From contig JBECUI020000027.1 of NCBI GenBank assembly GCA_040954595.2, positions 248,001-312,000 on the forward strand: 64,000 nucleotides of DNA. Direction: 5' to 3'. The DNA comes from Balanoglossus misakiensis (taxonomy: Eukaryota > Animalia > Hemichordata). Both the position numbers and the translations under genes were made by a program. Below are positions 1 through 11,484 of the stretch, piece by piece; position 1 is the stretch's first letter, and each line of letters starts with the position of its first letter. The notes under the pieces are model-generated. The model searched no databases, had not been told where the DNA came from, and saw only the letters and a program-made list of their open reading frames with translations.

Positions 1-432
1 GCCGCTACGATTGTTCTTGCTGTCGCCGTCGCCGCTTAGGCTCTCGGCTATGCTCAGTCCGCCATCGACACCCGAAAGTCCCCATGGTCTGAGGCCTCGA
101 CTCCATAAGAACCTGACAAGTTCCTTGTTGACCCGCCCCGCCAAGGCCATATCAATAAGAGGCATTTCTTCGGGAGGAGTATGCCGAAGGCCGTCCACAA
201 AGCAGGGTTTCATGCCGTAGCGTCTTTGAATTTCGCTGATTACAGTCCCCCCTCCATGAACCAGTATGGCCAACTGACCCTTCCCTATCATGCTGTGAAG
301 TTCATCGGCCAGGGCAGCAGTAGTTTGTCTGTCGATGGCAGGCAAGCCTCCTAGTTTTACGAGCAGCAGGCCTTTGATATTATTGTCTTCCTTGGGAGCT
401 GTTCCCAAAAGAGATAAAGCTTTGTCTAACAC
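1..432 (-). CDS. argB: Acetylglutamate kinase (partial, runs off the window)
   Basis: Hand translation from GTG at 432 gives VKLGG...LVHGGG...FVDGLRHT...LAGRVNKELV...GLSGVDGG. Lies directly downstream of argC. Confidence 0.92.
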   Translation of the reverse strand, partial: MLDKALSLLGTAPKEDNNIKGLLLVKLGGLPAIDRQTTAALADELHSMIGKGQLAILVHGGGTVISEIQRRYGMKPCFVDGLRHTPPEEMPLIDMALAGRVNKELVRFLWSRGLRPWGLSGVDGGLSIAESLSGDGDSKNNRSG

Positions 433-434
433 TG

Positions 435-1502
435 TCAAACCGTCCCGGAAATAGGGAGACCCGTGGTTTCGTCAAAACCAAAGCGGATATTGAAAGCCTG
501 AACCGCCTGACCCGCAGCCCCCTTAAGAAGATTGTCCAGAGCACTGAAAAGATAGACCATCTTCCATGGTTCTCCGGGATGATTCTTCTGGTCTTTTTCC
601 ATGGTCCAGCCTATGTCGCAGCGGTTGGAACCAAGAACATCTCTGGCAGCAGGGATCTCTCCTCTCCGAAGCCGAACGAAGGGAGAAGCTGAGTAGGCTT
701 TCTCCAGGACTTCCTCAAGATACTCAGGCCCTTGCCTTGCAGCTGTTTCTGTTGCAGGAACCGCTGTGGTGACCACCATACCCCGACGCAGAGGGATGAG
801 ATGGGGCGTAAAATAGAGAGAAGCATCGGAGCCAGCCCCCTTGAGAGCCTGGAGAATTTCAGGGAGGTGTCGGTGCCGTAGTCCGGGATTATAGGCCACA
901 GCATTTTCAGAACGCTCCACAAAAAGCCAGTTATCCTGAGCCTTTTTCCCCGCCCCTGAAATACCTGTAAGGGCATTGACAACGATGGGGCCTTGAAGCA
1001 GTTTTGCAGCAGCCAGGGGCAGAAGGGGAAGCAGAATGCAGGTAGGATAGCAGCCGGGTACAGCAATAATTTCTGCGGACTTCAATGCTTCACGATGAAT
1101 TTCTACCAAACCGTAAACGGCGTTTTTTCGCAGATCGGGACGGGGGGGGGAGTTGCCGTAGAACTGCTGATGCGCCTCAGGATCCTGAAGCCTAAAATCT
1201 GCAGAAAGATCCACAACAACGCTGTTGGCAAAGAAGGGAGCACAGGTCTGAGCCGAAACCCCCGGTGGAAGGGCAGCGAAAACAACATCGGGCTTAGCTG
1301 CAACAGCTTGGGAGACATCGAGCAAAAGTCCCCCAGGGGGAAGCTTCTCTTCGCTATCCTGACCTATTCCCCGGTCGGTGAGGGCTTGCCCAGCCTTACT
1401 AGAAGAAACTGGCAAGATTTTCCGAACTCCGGGATGCCCGAGGAGCAGCCGCATCAAAACCTGGCCTCCATATCCTCTGGCCCCTAAAACAGCAGCAGTC
1501 AT
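435..1502 (-). CDS. argC: N-acetyl-gamma-glutamyl-phosphate reductase
   Basis: GARGYGG nucleotide-binding motif, VVDLSADFRL, catalytic PGCYPT, DNLLKGAAGQAVQ. Confidence 0.97.
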   Translation of the reverse strand: MTAAVLGARGYGGQVLMRLLLGHPGVRKILPVSSSKAGQALTDRGIGQDSEEKLPPGGLLLDVSQAVAAKPDVVFAALPPGVSAQTCAPFFANSVVVDLSADFRLQDPEAHQQFYGNSPPRPDLRKNAVYGLVEIHREALKSAEIIAVPGCYPTCILLPLLPLAAAKLLQGPIVVNALTGISGAGKKAQDNWLFVERSENAVAYNPGLRHRHLPEILQALKGAGSDASLYFTPHLIPLRRGMVVTTAVPATETAARQGPEYLEEVLEKAYSASPFVRLRRGEIPAARDVLGSNRCDIGWTMEKDQKNHPGEPWKMVYLFSALDNLLKGAAGQAVQAFNIRFGFDETTGLPISGTV

Positions 1503-1966
1503 GCTCTTGCCTTTCCTTTTTCCAACAGTGTTTCTAATTGAGAGGCAATGGTTTCCTGGCTTACACCCTCTTTTAAGATCACCAGAAGTGTGTCATCTCC
1601 AGCCACTGTACCCAACATTCCATGAGATATCAGATTTTCTACAGCAATGGCCACCGTATTCGCATGGCCGGCCAAGGTGCGGATGACTCCCAGATTTCCG
1701 GAAAAATCCACAGAAATAAAACCTCGGCTGAAATCTTCTAAGAATTTAGATTCGCTTTTTTCTTCTTCCTTTGAGGGGAAATAGTAGTATCCTCCCAATT
1801 TGTCATGAAACTTTCCCACTTTGAGCCTTTGTAGGTCTCTGGAAAGGGTGGATTGGGCCACTCTGACACCCTCTCTTTGCAGATAAGCCTGTAAACTTGT
1901 TTGAGAAGTAATTTTCTGTTCTTTAATGATACGTCGAATGTTCTCAATGCGTTTCATGTATGACAT
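1499..1966 (-). CDS. argR: Arginine repressor
   Basis: wHTH with SQ..L and QSTLSRDL, C-terminal GTVAGDDT. True start is probably ATG at 1966 or 1957, not the ORF-track start at 2092. Confidence 0.95.
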   Translation of the reverse strand: MSYMKRIENIRRIIKEQKITSQTSLQAYLQREGVRVAQSTLSRDLQRLKVGKFHDKLGGYYYFPSKEEEKSESKFLEDFSRGFISVDFSGNLGVIRTLAGHANTVAIAVENLISHGMLGTVAGDDTLLVILKEGVSQETIASQLETLLEKGKARA

Positions 1967-1968
1967 AA

Positions 1969-2007
1969 CTGGAATTATTATGCAATAAATAGGAATAAAC
2001 ATGCAAG
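1969..2007 (-). promoter_or_regulatory. Tandem ARG boxes (ArgR operator) overlapping the argR promoter
   Basis: Minus strand reads CTTGCATGTTTATTCCTA-ttt-ATTGCATAATAATTCCAG: two 18-bp TGnAT-N4-ATnC boxes with a 3-bp spacer. It also contains TTGCAT-N18-CATAAT. Confidence 0.8.
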
Positions 2008-2167
2008 AGCAAATGTGGAATATGCCCAGAAAAAGGAACAGGAAGCAGGTAATTACTTCAGGCATCAAAGAGAATAAAGAAATATTATGCAACTCTTGGA
2101 TGCATGAGTACCATAAGAAATAAAGCAGAAATCTTATTCTGAGCAGACAGGTATAGTAACGCTACTC

Positions 2168-2208
2168 TATAAGAACAATTCCCCATAGCTAGGGGAGTTG
2201 TTCTTATA
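2168..2208. repeat. 17-bp inverted repeat (hairpin) in the divergent argR/fapA intergenic region
   Basis: TATAAGAACAATTCCCC-atagcta-GGGGAGTTGTTCTTATA, one G-T pair. Confidence 0.75.
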
Positions 2209-2510
2209 AAGGCATAGTCCCTACAAACAAGATTTCACTTTGCTTTTATAGTTGTCTGTCATCGTGGCCTGAAGGCAAACTGTTTGTCTTTGTAAAAAAA
2301 TAAAGCCCAGTGGGGAAACCGTTCGTTATGATTCCATTGTTATTGTAAATCAATACAGGACATGCCATTCACCTTCTAATTTCCTTGAATTAGGGACATT
2401 GATACAGACGATTCAAGAAAATACAGCACATTTCCTCACAGTTTACCAAAGAAAAAAAGAATTATTGCAGAAATACTATTAGAATTAACTTTAGGAACTA
2501 AGCTCACCTA

Positions 2511-3932
2511 ATGGCAAGCTTAGAGGTATATAAAGCAAGAGGTCTCAGGACAAGGATGGGGCAGATAGACACACAAACAAAAACACGAGACGGTTATCTT
2601 ACAGTTCACATTACTGACAACGATATGAAGGCCGTGGCAGACCTTTACCCACCAGGTCCTGAAGGGAAGGCCCTTGACTTGGAAACTGCCATGGAGATTC
2701 TTAAAGATCAAAATATCGTGTGGGGAGTGGACGAGAAGACAATCAAGGAGAAGCTCCTGGAAGTCAATTCCAGTGGGAAGGTTCAGCAGAATGTTCTAAT
2801 TGCCAAGGGGGAAGCTCCCCAGGATGCCGTACCCACTTTCTGGAAGTTGAAAGAGTCTCTAACCATCCAGCCAACTATAAAGAAAGCTGAAAACCGCATA
2901 GAGTATCGCAAGCTCAGCCCCTACACCATGGTAAAAAATGGAGAAGCATTGGCGGAAAAAATCCCAGCGGTTCCTGGCAGAACCGGTCATAACATCCTGG
3001 GACAAGCTCTTCCTATGAGCGAAAAGCATATTGTGTCCTACACATTCGGAGAGAATATCCGAGAGAAAGATAACATTCTTTATTCCATGACTTCAGGGAT
3101 ATTCGAGATAAACGGCACAGAACTCGCAATCAAGGAGACCTTGATAATAGAGAACAATGTTGACTATTCCACCGGTCACATTGTCTTTCCTGGAGATATT
3201 GTCATTCAGGGAGAGATTAGAGATGGTTTTCAAGTTTCCGCCAAAGGAAGCATATACCTCCACGGGACTATGGATGCCACTCAAGTACTCAGTCGGAAGG
3301 ATTTATACGTCGGGGGCGGTATTAAGGGACGGCAACAGGCACTGATTCGGGTGGTGGGAAATATCGAGACTAAATTCATTGAGAACAGCAGAGTAGAGGC
3401 TCATGGGGGGATATCGGTTGTCCGCTCAATAGTTCACTCCCGGGTTTTTACTCTGGAGAAATTGGAAATGGGAGACAGAAGTGTTCTTGTAGGAGGAGAA
3501 ACCTGGGCTAGGGCAGGGATTAATGCCTGGGATGTGGGCCGTGCCGATGGACCGGAAACGATTATCAGAGTAGGCTCCGACTACGAGATAGAAAAGAAAC
3601 TCCAGCATACCGAAAATCACTTAAAACGTCTTGACGAAAGGTATAAGCACCTCCGCTCCCTTCCTCCCAAGGACAAGTCCCAAAAGCTGATGCAGCAAGT
3701 GGAAGTAGCTATGAAAAATATGCGGATATCCCAGGAAATCCTCGCTAAACAACTTAACAACAATCCAAAAGCTACTGTAACAATAAGAGGAAAAGTGTAT
3801 ATTGGCACTGAACTCTTTATTATGGGCCTTTCCTACAGAGTAACTAAAGAAATCCAGGCTGTTCGCTTTTGCTATGACCCAAAAGATTCCAAAATCGTCA
3901 TTAGAGCCCTTAGGCACGCCTCTTTTCTATAA
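2511..3932 (+). CDS. FapA/DUF342 family flagellar assembly protein
   Basis: VDYSTGHIVFPGDIVIQG motif, beta-helix region, C-terminal coiled coil. Confidence 0.88.
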   Translation: MASLEVYKARGLRTRMGQIDTQTKTRDGYLTVHITDNDMKAVADLYPPGPEGKALDLETAMEILKDQNIVWGVDEKTIKEKLLEVNSSGKVQQNVLIAKGEAPQDAVPTFWKLKESLTIQPTIKKAENRIEYRKLSPYTMVKNGEALAEKIPAVPGRTGHNILGQALPMSEKHIVSYTFGENIREKDNILYSMTSGIFEINGTELAIKETLIIENNVDYSTGHIVFPGDIVIQGEIRDGFQVSAKGSIYLHGTMDATQVLSRKDLYVGGGIKGRQQALIRVVGNIETKFIENSRVEAHGGISVVRSIVHSRVFTLEKLEMGDRSVLVGGETWARAGINAWDVGRADGPETIIRVGSDYEIEKKLQHTENHLKRLDERYKHLRSLPPKDKSQKLMQQVEVAMKNMRISQEILAKQLNNNPKATVTIRGKVYIGTELFIMGLSYRVTKEIQAVRFCYDPKDSKIVIRALRHASFL

Positions 3933-4638
3933 GAGCCACAGCACTTCAACTATGGACGATGCCCGGAAGGCTCTTGCCGAGGGAGCCCTCTCCGGTACGG
4001 TGTGTCAGGCAGGACATCAAAGCGCAGGCCGGGGACGTCTTCCTGGAAGATTGTGGCTGGACAAAACTGGTACCTCGCTTTTGTTCACCCTGATCATCAG
4101 TAAGGAACAGATTCCCCATGGTCCCCCCCTAACCCAATATCTGGCCCTCGCCCTCTGCCATCGACTGGAAAAGGCCCATGGCCTACTTCCCCGCATTAAA
4201 TGGCCTAACGATGTTCTGGTGGAGGGGCGGAAAATAGGGGGGATTCTGGTCGAGTGCGAGTCCCACTTCTTTTTGGGAGGTCTTGGCCTGAACCTTAGGC
4301 AAAAAACTTTCCCAAAGGATTTTCGAAGACCGGGAACAAGCATCTTCCTGGAAACCGCACGATACCCCCTCCCATCGGAAGAACTCTCCGGGATTCTTCA
4401 GGAACTCCGTCTGCTCTTATGTGAAACATCTATTCACTCCCTCTTGACTAAGAGACTCGATGGTCTGAGAGAAAAAGTTACCTTGTTTCTTGGGGACCCC
4501 AAGCACAAGAACTTACTCCGAGGTTTTGTCGAAGGGCTTTCTCCTGATGGGGCTTTGCTGGTACGAGACAAGACGGGAAAGGAGCACCAGATCTACAGTG
4601 GAGAGATAGTAACTAAAGATCTGAAGGTTTTCTCTTGA
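3874..4638 (+). CDS. birA: Biotin-[acetyl-CoA-carboxylase] ligase
   Basis: STM, QSAGRGR, IKWPNDV, KIGGIL, C-terminal DGALLV...YSGE. Confidence 0.95.
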   Translation: MTQKIPKSSLEPLGTPLFYKSHSTSTMDDARKALAEGALSGTVCQAGHQSAGRGRLPGRLWLDKTGTSLLFTLIISKEQIPHGPPLTQYLALALCHRLEKAHGLLPRIKWPNDVLVEGRKIGGILVECESHFFLGGLGLNLRQKTFPKDFRRPGTSIFLETARYPLPSEELSGILQELRLLLCETSIHSLLTKRLDGLREKVTLFLGDPKHKNLLRGFVEGLSPDGALLVRDKTGKEHQIYSGEIVTKDLKVFS

Positions 4639-4735
4639 TATTTCCGATTCATTTCAGTATTTTTTCTGTAGGTTACAGAGCTAAGAGCCTGTTACACCAT
4701 AAATACACAATTATATACATAGTCAAGGGAGTTAA

Positions 4736-6382
<1,647 letters not shown>

Positions 6383-6405
6383 GACATTCTGCAACTTAAT
6401 AACTA

Positions 6406-6441
6406 GGGGGGCCGGTCGGAGTCTAACCGTCCGGTCCTTTT
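6406..6441 (+). terminator. Probable intrinsic terminator after groEL
   Basis: GC-rich imperfect stem GGGCCGGTCGG/CCGTCCGGTCC followed by TTTT. Confidence 0.6.
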
Positions 6442-6459
6442 GTTACCAGGAGATGGTCA

Positions 6460-6750
6460 TTGAAACAAAGAGATTATGTTTTTACCATTGGTTTTGATGG
6501 GGACAAGGCCCTTGTGGACAAGCAATCCAGTATCCTTTACAGAAAGCTGAACTCTCGCACCCTGGCAGACAGGGGCTTGTTTAAAGAAGCCTGTCGTCTA
6601 GCTCTCTATGATGGGGATCAGGAGTCGCAGCATTACATTTTAGAAAAATTTAATGCTGCGACTCCTTTCCCTTATGAAACCCCCGGAGAAATGATTAGAA
6701 TTTTTGGCATTCAAGCTCCGGACAATATCTCAAAGACACAAACCATCTGA
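6460..6750 (+). CDS. Small hypothetical protein
   Basis: 96-aa ORF with AGGAG upstream of a TTG start. No family recognised. Confidence 0.7.
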   Translation: MKQRDYVFTIGFDGDKALVDKQSSILYRKLNSRTLADRGLFKEACRLALYDGDQESQHYILEKFNAATPFPYETPGEMIRIFGIQAPDNISKTQTI

Positions 6751-6767
6751 ACTGGGAACCTCCATTA

Positions 6768-6796
6768 TTGACGATCTTACCCAGACATGGTAAGAT
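6768..6796 (+). promoter_or_regulatory. Sigma70-type promoter for yajC-secDF
   Basis: TTGACG-N17-TAAGAT with extended -10 TGn. Confidence 0.75.
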
Positions 6797-6838
6797 TTTC
6801 CTCGACTTATCCCTATTTTAAAAAGGCAGGCTATTTCT

Positions 6839-7255
6839 ATGAACAATGTTGTTAGTGTCGCACTTCTTCAAGCAGCCCCACCAGCTCAGGGAAGCATGAC
6901 CATGAATTTTGTCATTATCGGTGCCGTTATTGCTATCTTCTACTTTCTTATTATTCGTCCTCAGCGCAAGAGGCAGAAAGAAACCAAAGCAATGATATCC
7001 TCTGTTAGCAAGGGGCACAAAATCACCACCATAGGCGGAATACGGGGAACCGTTTATTCCGTTAAAGAAGATTCGGTTGTTCTCAAAGTTGATGAGAACA
7101 CAAAAATAGTATTTACCAAATCCGCTATTGCCTCTGTTGACAATGGTAAGGCTGCTTCGGTAAAGAACACTAAAGAAAAATCAGTTGAACCTAGTAGTTC
7201 CGGCGAATCCAGCAAAGATGAAGCCCCCGCCGATACTACAGACGAAGTTAGTTAA
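6839..7255 (+). CDS. yajC: Preprotein translocase subunit YajC
   Basis: FYFLIIRPQRKRQK...GHKITTIGGIRG. Confidence 0.96.
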   Translation: MNNVVSVALLQAAPPAQGSMTMNFVIIGAVIAIFYFLIIRPQRKRQKETKAMISSVSKGHKITTIGGIRGTVYSVKEDSVVLKVDENTKIVFTKSAIASVDNGKAASVKNTKEKSVEPSSSGESSKDEAPADTTDEVS

Positions 7256-7278
7256 TCACGATTCATCGGAGTTAGGAA

Positions 7279-9000
7279 ATGAACAAAACGATGCGTCTGC
7301 TTCTGGTCCTGCTTTTTGTGGGATTGGGGGGAGTATTTCTTTATCCGACGATCGTGTGGTACTTTTTTACCGATCCGGAAATGAAAGTCTTAGCCAACGG
7401 CTCCGGGAGCAAATTCGCTTTTGGGCTGAAGAACAGGCAAGCAAGGATCTCGAGAAAATCATTGCTTTAACCAGTGATGCTGCCAACCTTGATATGGCAC
7501 TGCCCGACGAACTGAGTTTTCTAACCAGCAAAGCTCTGGGAAAATTACCGTCTGGAAGAAAAAAACAAGCCTGCCGAATGGACCATGAGAACGTTTTTAA
7601 ACGGTTTCAAAAATGGTAATGAAGTGTACATGGCCCTGGAAGAATACTACCGCGAAGAGCTTCTAAGTCTTAAAAGTCTTAAAGGCCGGATATTGGCCCT
7701 GGGGCTCGATCTTTCTGGAGGGATGAGCGTGGTTCTCGAAGCTGATGAGGCCAGCTTGGCAAAGCGTCTGGAGCGCATTCCTAGCGACGAAGACCTTCAG
7801 GATGCCCTTTCTCGAGCCATGGAAACCCTTAACAACCGTATTGATAAATTTGGTGTTACCGAACCCCAGATTCGCAAACAGGCTGGTAATGCCATTCTTA
7901 TAGAGATTCCCGGAGAAGTCGACCCCGATAGGATTAATTCCTTTCTTTCCGGTAGGGGATCTCTTGGGTTTTACCTGGTTGACGATGATGCCACTGACGA
8001 AATAGTTCAATACACTTCCACCGGAGGACGCATACTTGATGGTCAACCCGACAAGGAAGGAATTCTTGACACTGGTTTGGTGGTTCGAGGCTTTTATAAA
8101 AAGGACGCCTACGGGGTAGATCAGTTCCAGCGATGGATTGTCACCCATGAAGAACCTGGCTTGGACGGGGCCCATATCCAGAGTGCCGAGGTCCTCCGGG
8201 ATCCTGTGACCGGTAACCCCGATGTGGTGTTCAATTTGGATACTGAAGGGGGGGACATCTTCTTTAAGTTTACTACAGACAATACTGACAAGTCCCTGGC
8301 CGTCATCATGGATGATAAAATAAAAGCCGCTGCTCGAATCAGCCAACCTATCCGCGATGCGGTTAGGATGACAGGCTTTGAGATTGAAGAAGCCAACGAC
8401 CTTGCCTTGGTTCTTCGCACTGCTGCCATGCCGGTGGATCTGACCGTGAACACCCTTCAAGCTGTGGGAGCTAGTTTGGGCGGTGATACTATTCAGGCTG
8501 GACTACGGGCTATTCTTTACGGTTTTATTATTGTTTTTGTCTTTATGATCCTTTATTACAAAGGAGCCGGTCTTATTGCTGATATAGCACTCTTGTTGAA
8601 TCTTCTGCTAATCACAGCGATCCTTTCCAGCTTTAACCTTACTCTCACCATGACCAGTATTGCTGGACTTATCCTAACCGTAGGTATGGCAGTGGATGCC
8701 AACGTGATCATTTTTGAACGGATTCGAGAAGAATTGAGACTGGGAAAAAGCAGAGCTGCGGCTATAGAAATGGGTTTCAAAAAAGTATTTTGGACCGTCA
8801 TGGATGCTAACATCACAACCTTTATAGCAGCCATCTTTCTTTCACAGTTGGGAAGGGGACCAGTTCAGGGTTTTGCCGTCACATTGGCTGTAGGAATCGT
8901 CTGTTCCCTGTTTACGGCACTCTTTGTTTCTCGGCTACTCTTTGATTTTGGAAGCGAAGTTCTAAAACGAGAAAGTATCAGCATCGGATGGGGGCTCTAA
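7279..9000 (+). CDS. secD: Protein translocase subunit SecD (frameshifted in the N-terminal part)
   Basis: Pieces 7279-7470, 7185-7619 and 7585-9000 join. Motifs LGLDLSGG, RIDKFGVTEP, GMAVDANVIIFERIREE. Indels are probably sequencing errors. Confidence 0.93.
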
Positions 9001-9003
9001 CAT

Positions 9004-10075
9004 ATGAAAATCTATAAATTTACCCGGTTCAAGGGGGTGGCCCGCCGCTCTCTCCCTGGTTCTGATTATCGCTTTCTGGGTAGGAACATTTCTTCAAGGG
9101 GGGTTTAATTTCGGTATTGACTTCAAGGCTGGTCTCAATATAACCATCGAAGTGACAGGGAATTCAGATATTACCGTAATAAAAGAAGCCCTTGCAGGCA
9201 TTGGGAACTTCCAGGTTCAAACTCTTGGGGATACCCAAGGAACTTTCCTTATTAGGGTGGCCGAGGACGAAAACATTGAAAATTTCCGCCAGACCATTCA
9301 GGAAAACATCAAGAATCTTCTAAGAGAAGCTCTGGGTGATGGTACCGTTAGCTTCCAAAACGAGGAATACGTTGATGCTAGATACGCCAGCAGTCTTGCC
9401 TCTCAGACTATTATTTTAGTCGGTGTAGCCCTGGCTCTGATTTTAGTTTATATCTGGATACGGTTTCGTCTTAACTATGCCGTTTCAGCTATTGTGGCCA
9501 TTTTCCACGATGTACTTTTTTTAATAGGTTTTATTGGAATTCTGCAGCTTGAGTTCAGCACCGCTACCATTGCAGCAGTGCTTACCATCATCGGATATTC
9601 TCTCAATGATACCATTGTTATTTTTGACCGTATTCGTGAAAACAGTAGAACGGCTAAGGATCAAAACTTTCAAGAAATCATAGATCAATCCATCACGCAG
9701 TCTTTTAGTCGAACCATCATCACCTCATTAACTACCCTCTTTGCTGTTCTGGCAATTTTCATCTTTGCCATTGGTACCATTAAAGTTTTTGCCCTGAATT
9801 TGATTATTGGGGTGCTTGTGGGTACTTACTCCTCGATTTTTGTGGCCTCTCCCATCTTGCTGGTCTGGCATAATGCCGGGGTTCGCAAGGTCCGGGAAAA
9901 GATACGCCATGAGGAAACAAAGCATTCTAAGCCTTCGATGGCCTCCCAAGTGCTTAACTTTACGCCCAAAGAAAATTTGCAGCAGGAACATGTCAAGCAG
10001 ACCGCCGATGAAATTACTGCGGCTACGCTTCGAAAGGCAAAGGCCAAGGCAAAAAAGAAAAAGAAGAAAAAATGA
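9004..10075 (+). CDS. secF: Protein translocase subunit SecF (frameshift near 9040)
   Basis: ATG at 9004; GFNFGIDFKAG lies upstream of the ORF-track start; GYSLNDTIVIFDRIREN. Confidence 0.93.
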
Positions 10076-11303
10076 CTTCAGAAGGCTGGACTTCAAAAAG
10101 AATTGTTTCTTCTGGCTTCCCGCTGCTATCTATTGTGCCTTGGCTACAATTATTTTTAGTTGTTGCACTTTTCTCCTCCCCCACACCGATAAGGGCTGCG
10201 ACCCTTTATCGGTACGCAAAAAGTGGATATGGCCAAGGGAGACTCACCGATCCCCTACCGGTACCTCCAGGTACCGATGCAACGGCTCACCTTGCCGACA
10301 ATATGCGTTTTGAGAAATGGACTTCACGCCGGGAAGGAAACATCATCTTCCTAGCTGAGAATCCTCAAAAAGGTAAGATTCCCATCCTCTCTCTACATAA
10401 ACTGGGCATGAATGACCGATATGAACTAAGCCCCCAGCGTTTGGAGACACTGCTTCGCTACCTTCTTCATAATCGCTGGTACCTTATTTCTGACCGTCAA
10501 TATCTTGAGGGAGATTTGACCCGTGTACCTACAGGCTTCAAGCCCCTGGTTATGGGGGCTGATGATGCCTCCTATGGAAGTCTTATCTATCGTACCAGGG
10601 GTAATCCCCTTACTTCACCGGTTCTTCGACGTTTAGGGGCTCCACTTCTGGATGGCTTTAGCATGGTAGCGATATTGGAGAAGCTGGTTCCCCGGGAAGA
10701 AGGACGTATCAATTTTACTTTTTATGTTTCTTTTGATGCGATCCCTTTCAGACAGTTGGACGGGATTATGGATCCAGGATTTCCCTACATTGGGATTCCT
10801 GTTGTGGCAGAAAAAATACTTTATTTGGACCAGAATTTTCTTTTGGGCCTCCATTCCTTAAGTCATATTTATGCCTCAAAAATGCCGGAATCTGATTTTA
10901 TTCACGATGTGGCCTCTGGATGGGAGATACTTAATGACTATGCCGGAGGGCAGGCTTCAACGGTGACTAGTTTACCTTTCCCTATGGAATTCTCGACTTG
11001 GAAACTCCTCTTCATAGAGAGCTGATGGACTTGGAAATTCTAGGCCAATCTCTTATGGGAACCTTTACCCTGGATAACCGTCTCTCCGTTCCTCCTGGTC
11101 TTAGGGATCCTCAAAAAGTTGCCTCCCGTATCGGTGTCGATAATGCCTCCTGGGACAATTTAATGAGCATTCTCCGAAGTTCCTCTGTTATGACAGCTCA
11201 GCGCCTGGTCATTCTGGAAAGTGAGGAAAAACGCATTCCTAGAAGTCGTTTTAGACTCGGGGTTAAAAAGTCTGACCCCATCTGGGTGCTGGTAAGTAAC
11301 TGA
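10072..11303 (+). CDS. Polysaccharide-deacetylase-like (NodB/CE4) protein, frameshifted at about 10980
   Basis: PILSLH, GADD (TFDD-like) and LGLHSLSH. Adding one C at 10980-10982 restores FPYG and joins ORF 10998-11303. Confidence 0.65.
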
Positions 11304-11341
11304 GTCAGGTTGTCTTGCTATTCAGTTCGTAGGGCGGGGGC

Positions 11342-11366
11342 ACGATAAGAAGAATCTTCTTATCGT
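11342..11366. repeat. 25-bp palindrome made of the TAAGAAGAATCT motif, between convergent genes
   Basis: ACGATAAGAAGA-A-TCTTCTTATCGT (12-bp perfect arms). Confidence 0.85.
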
Positions 11367-11484
11367 TTGAAGTTGAGCGAACTACGAGTACTTCGGTTAG
11401 GGCTATGCCGATAGAGGATAGCGGCTTACCTAAACAATGAATCCTCTGTTCTTCGATCAGGGAGAAAGGCTTCTGCAGCCTCTT

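Noticed and set aside
2270-2330. c-di-GMP-I riboswitch upstream of fapA (GGCAAAC)
   Set aside because: No GAAA tetraloop stem or GCAAAGC/P3 elements, just a short palindrome.
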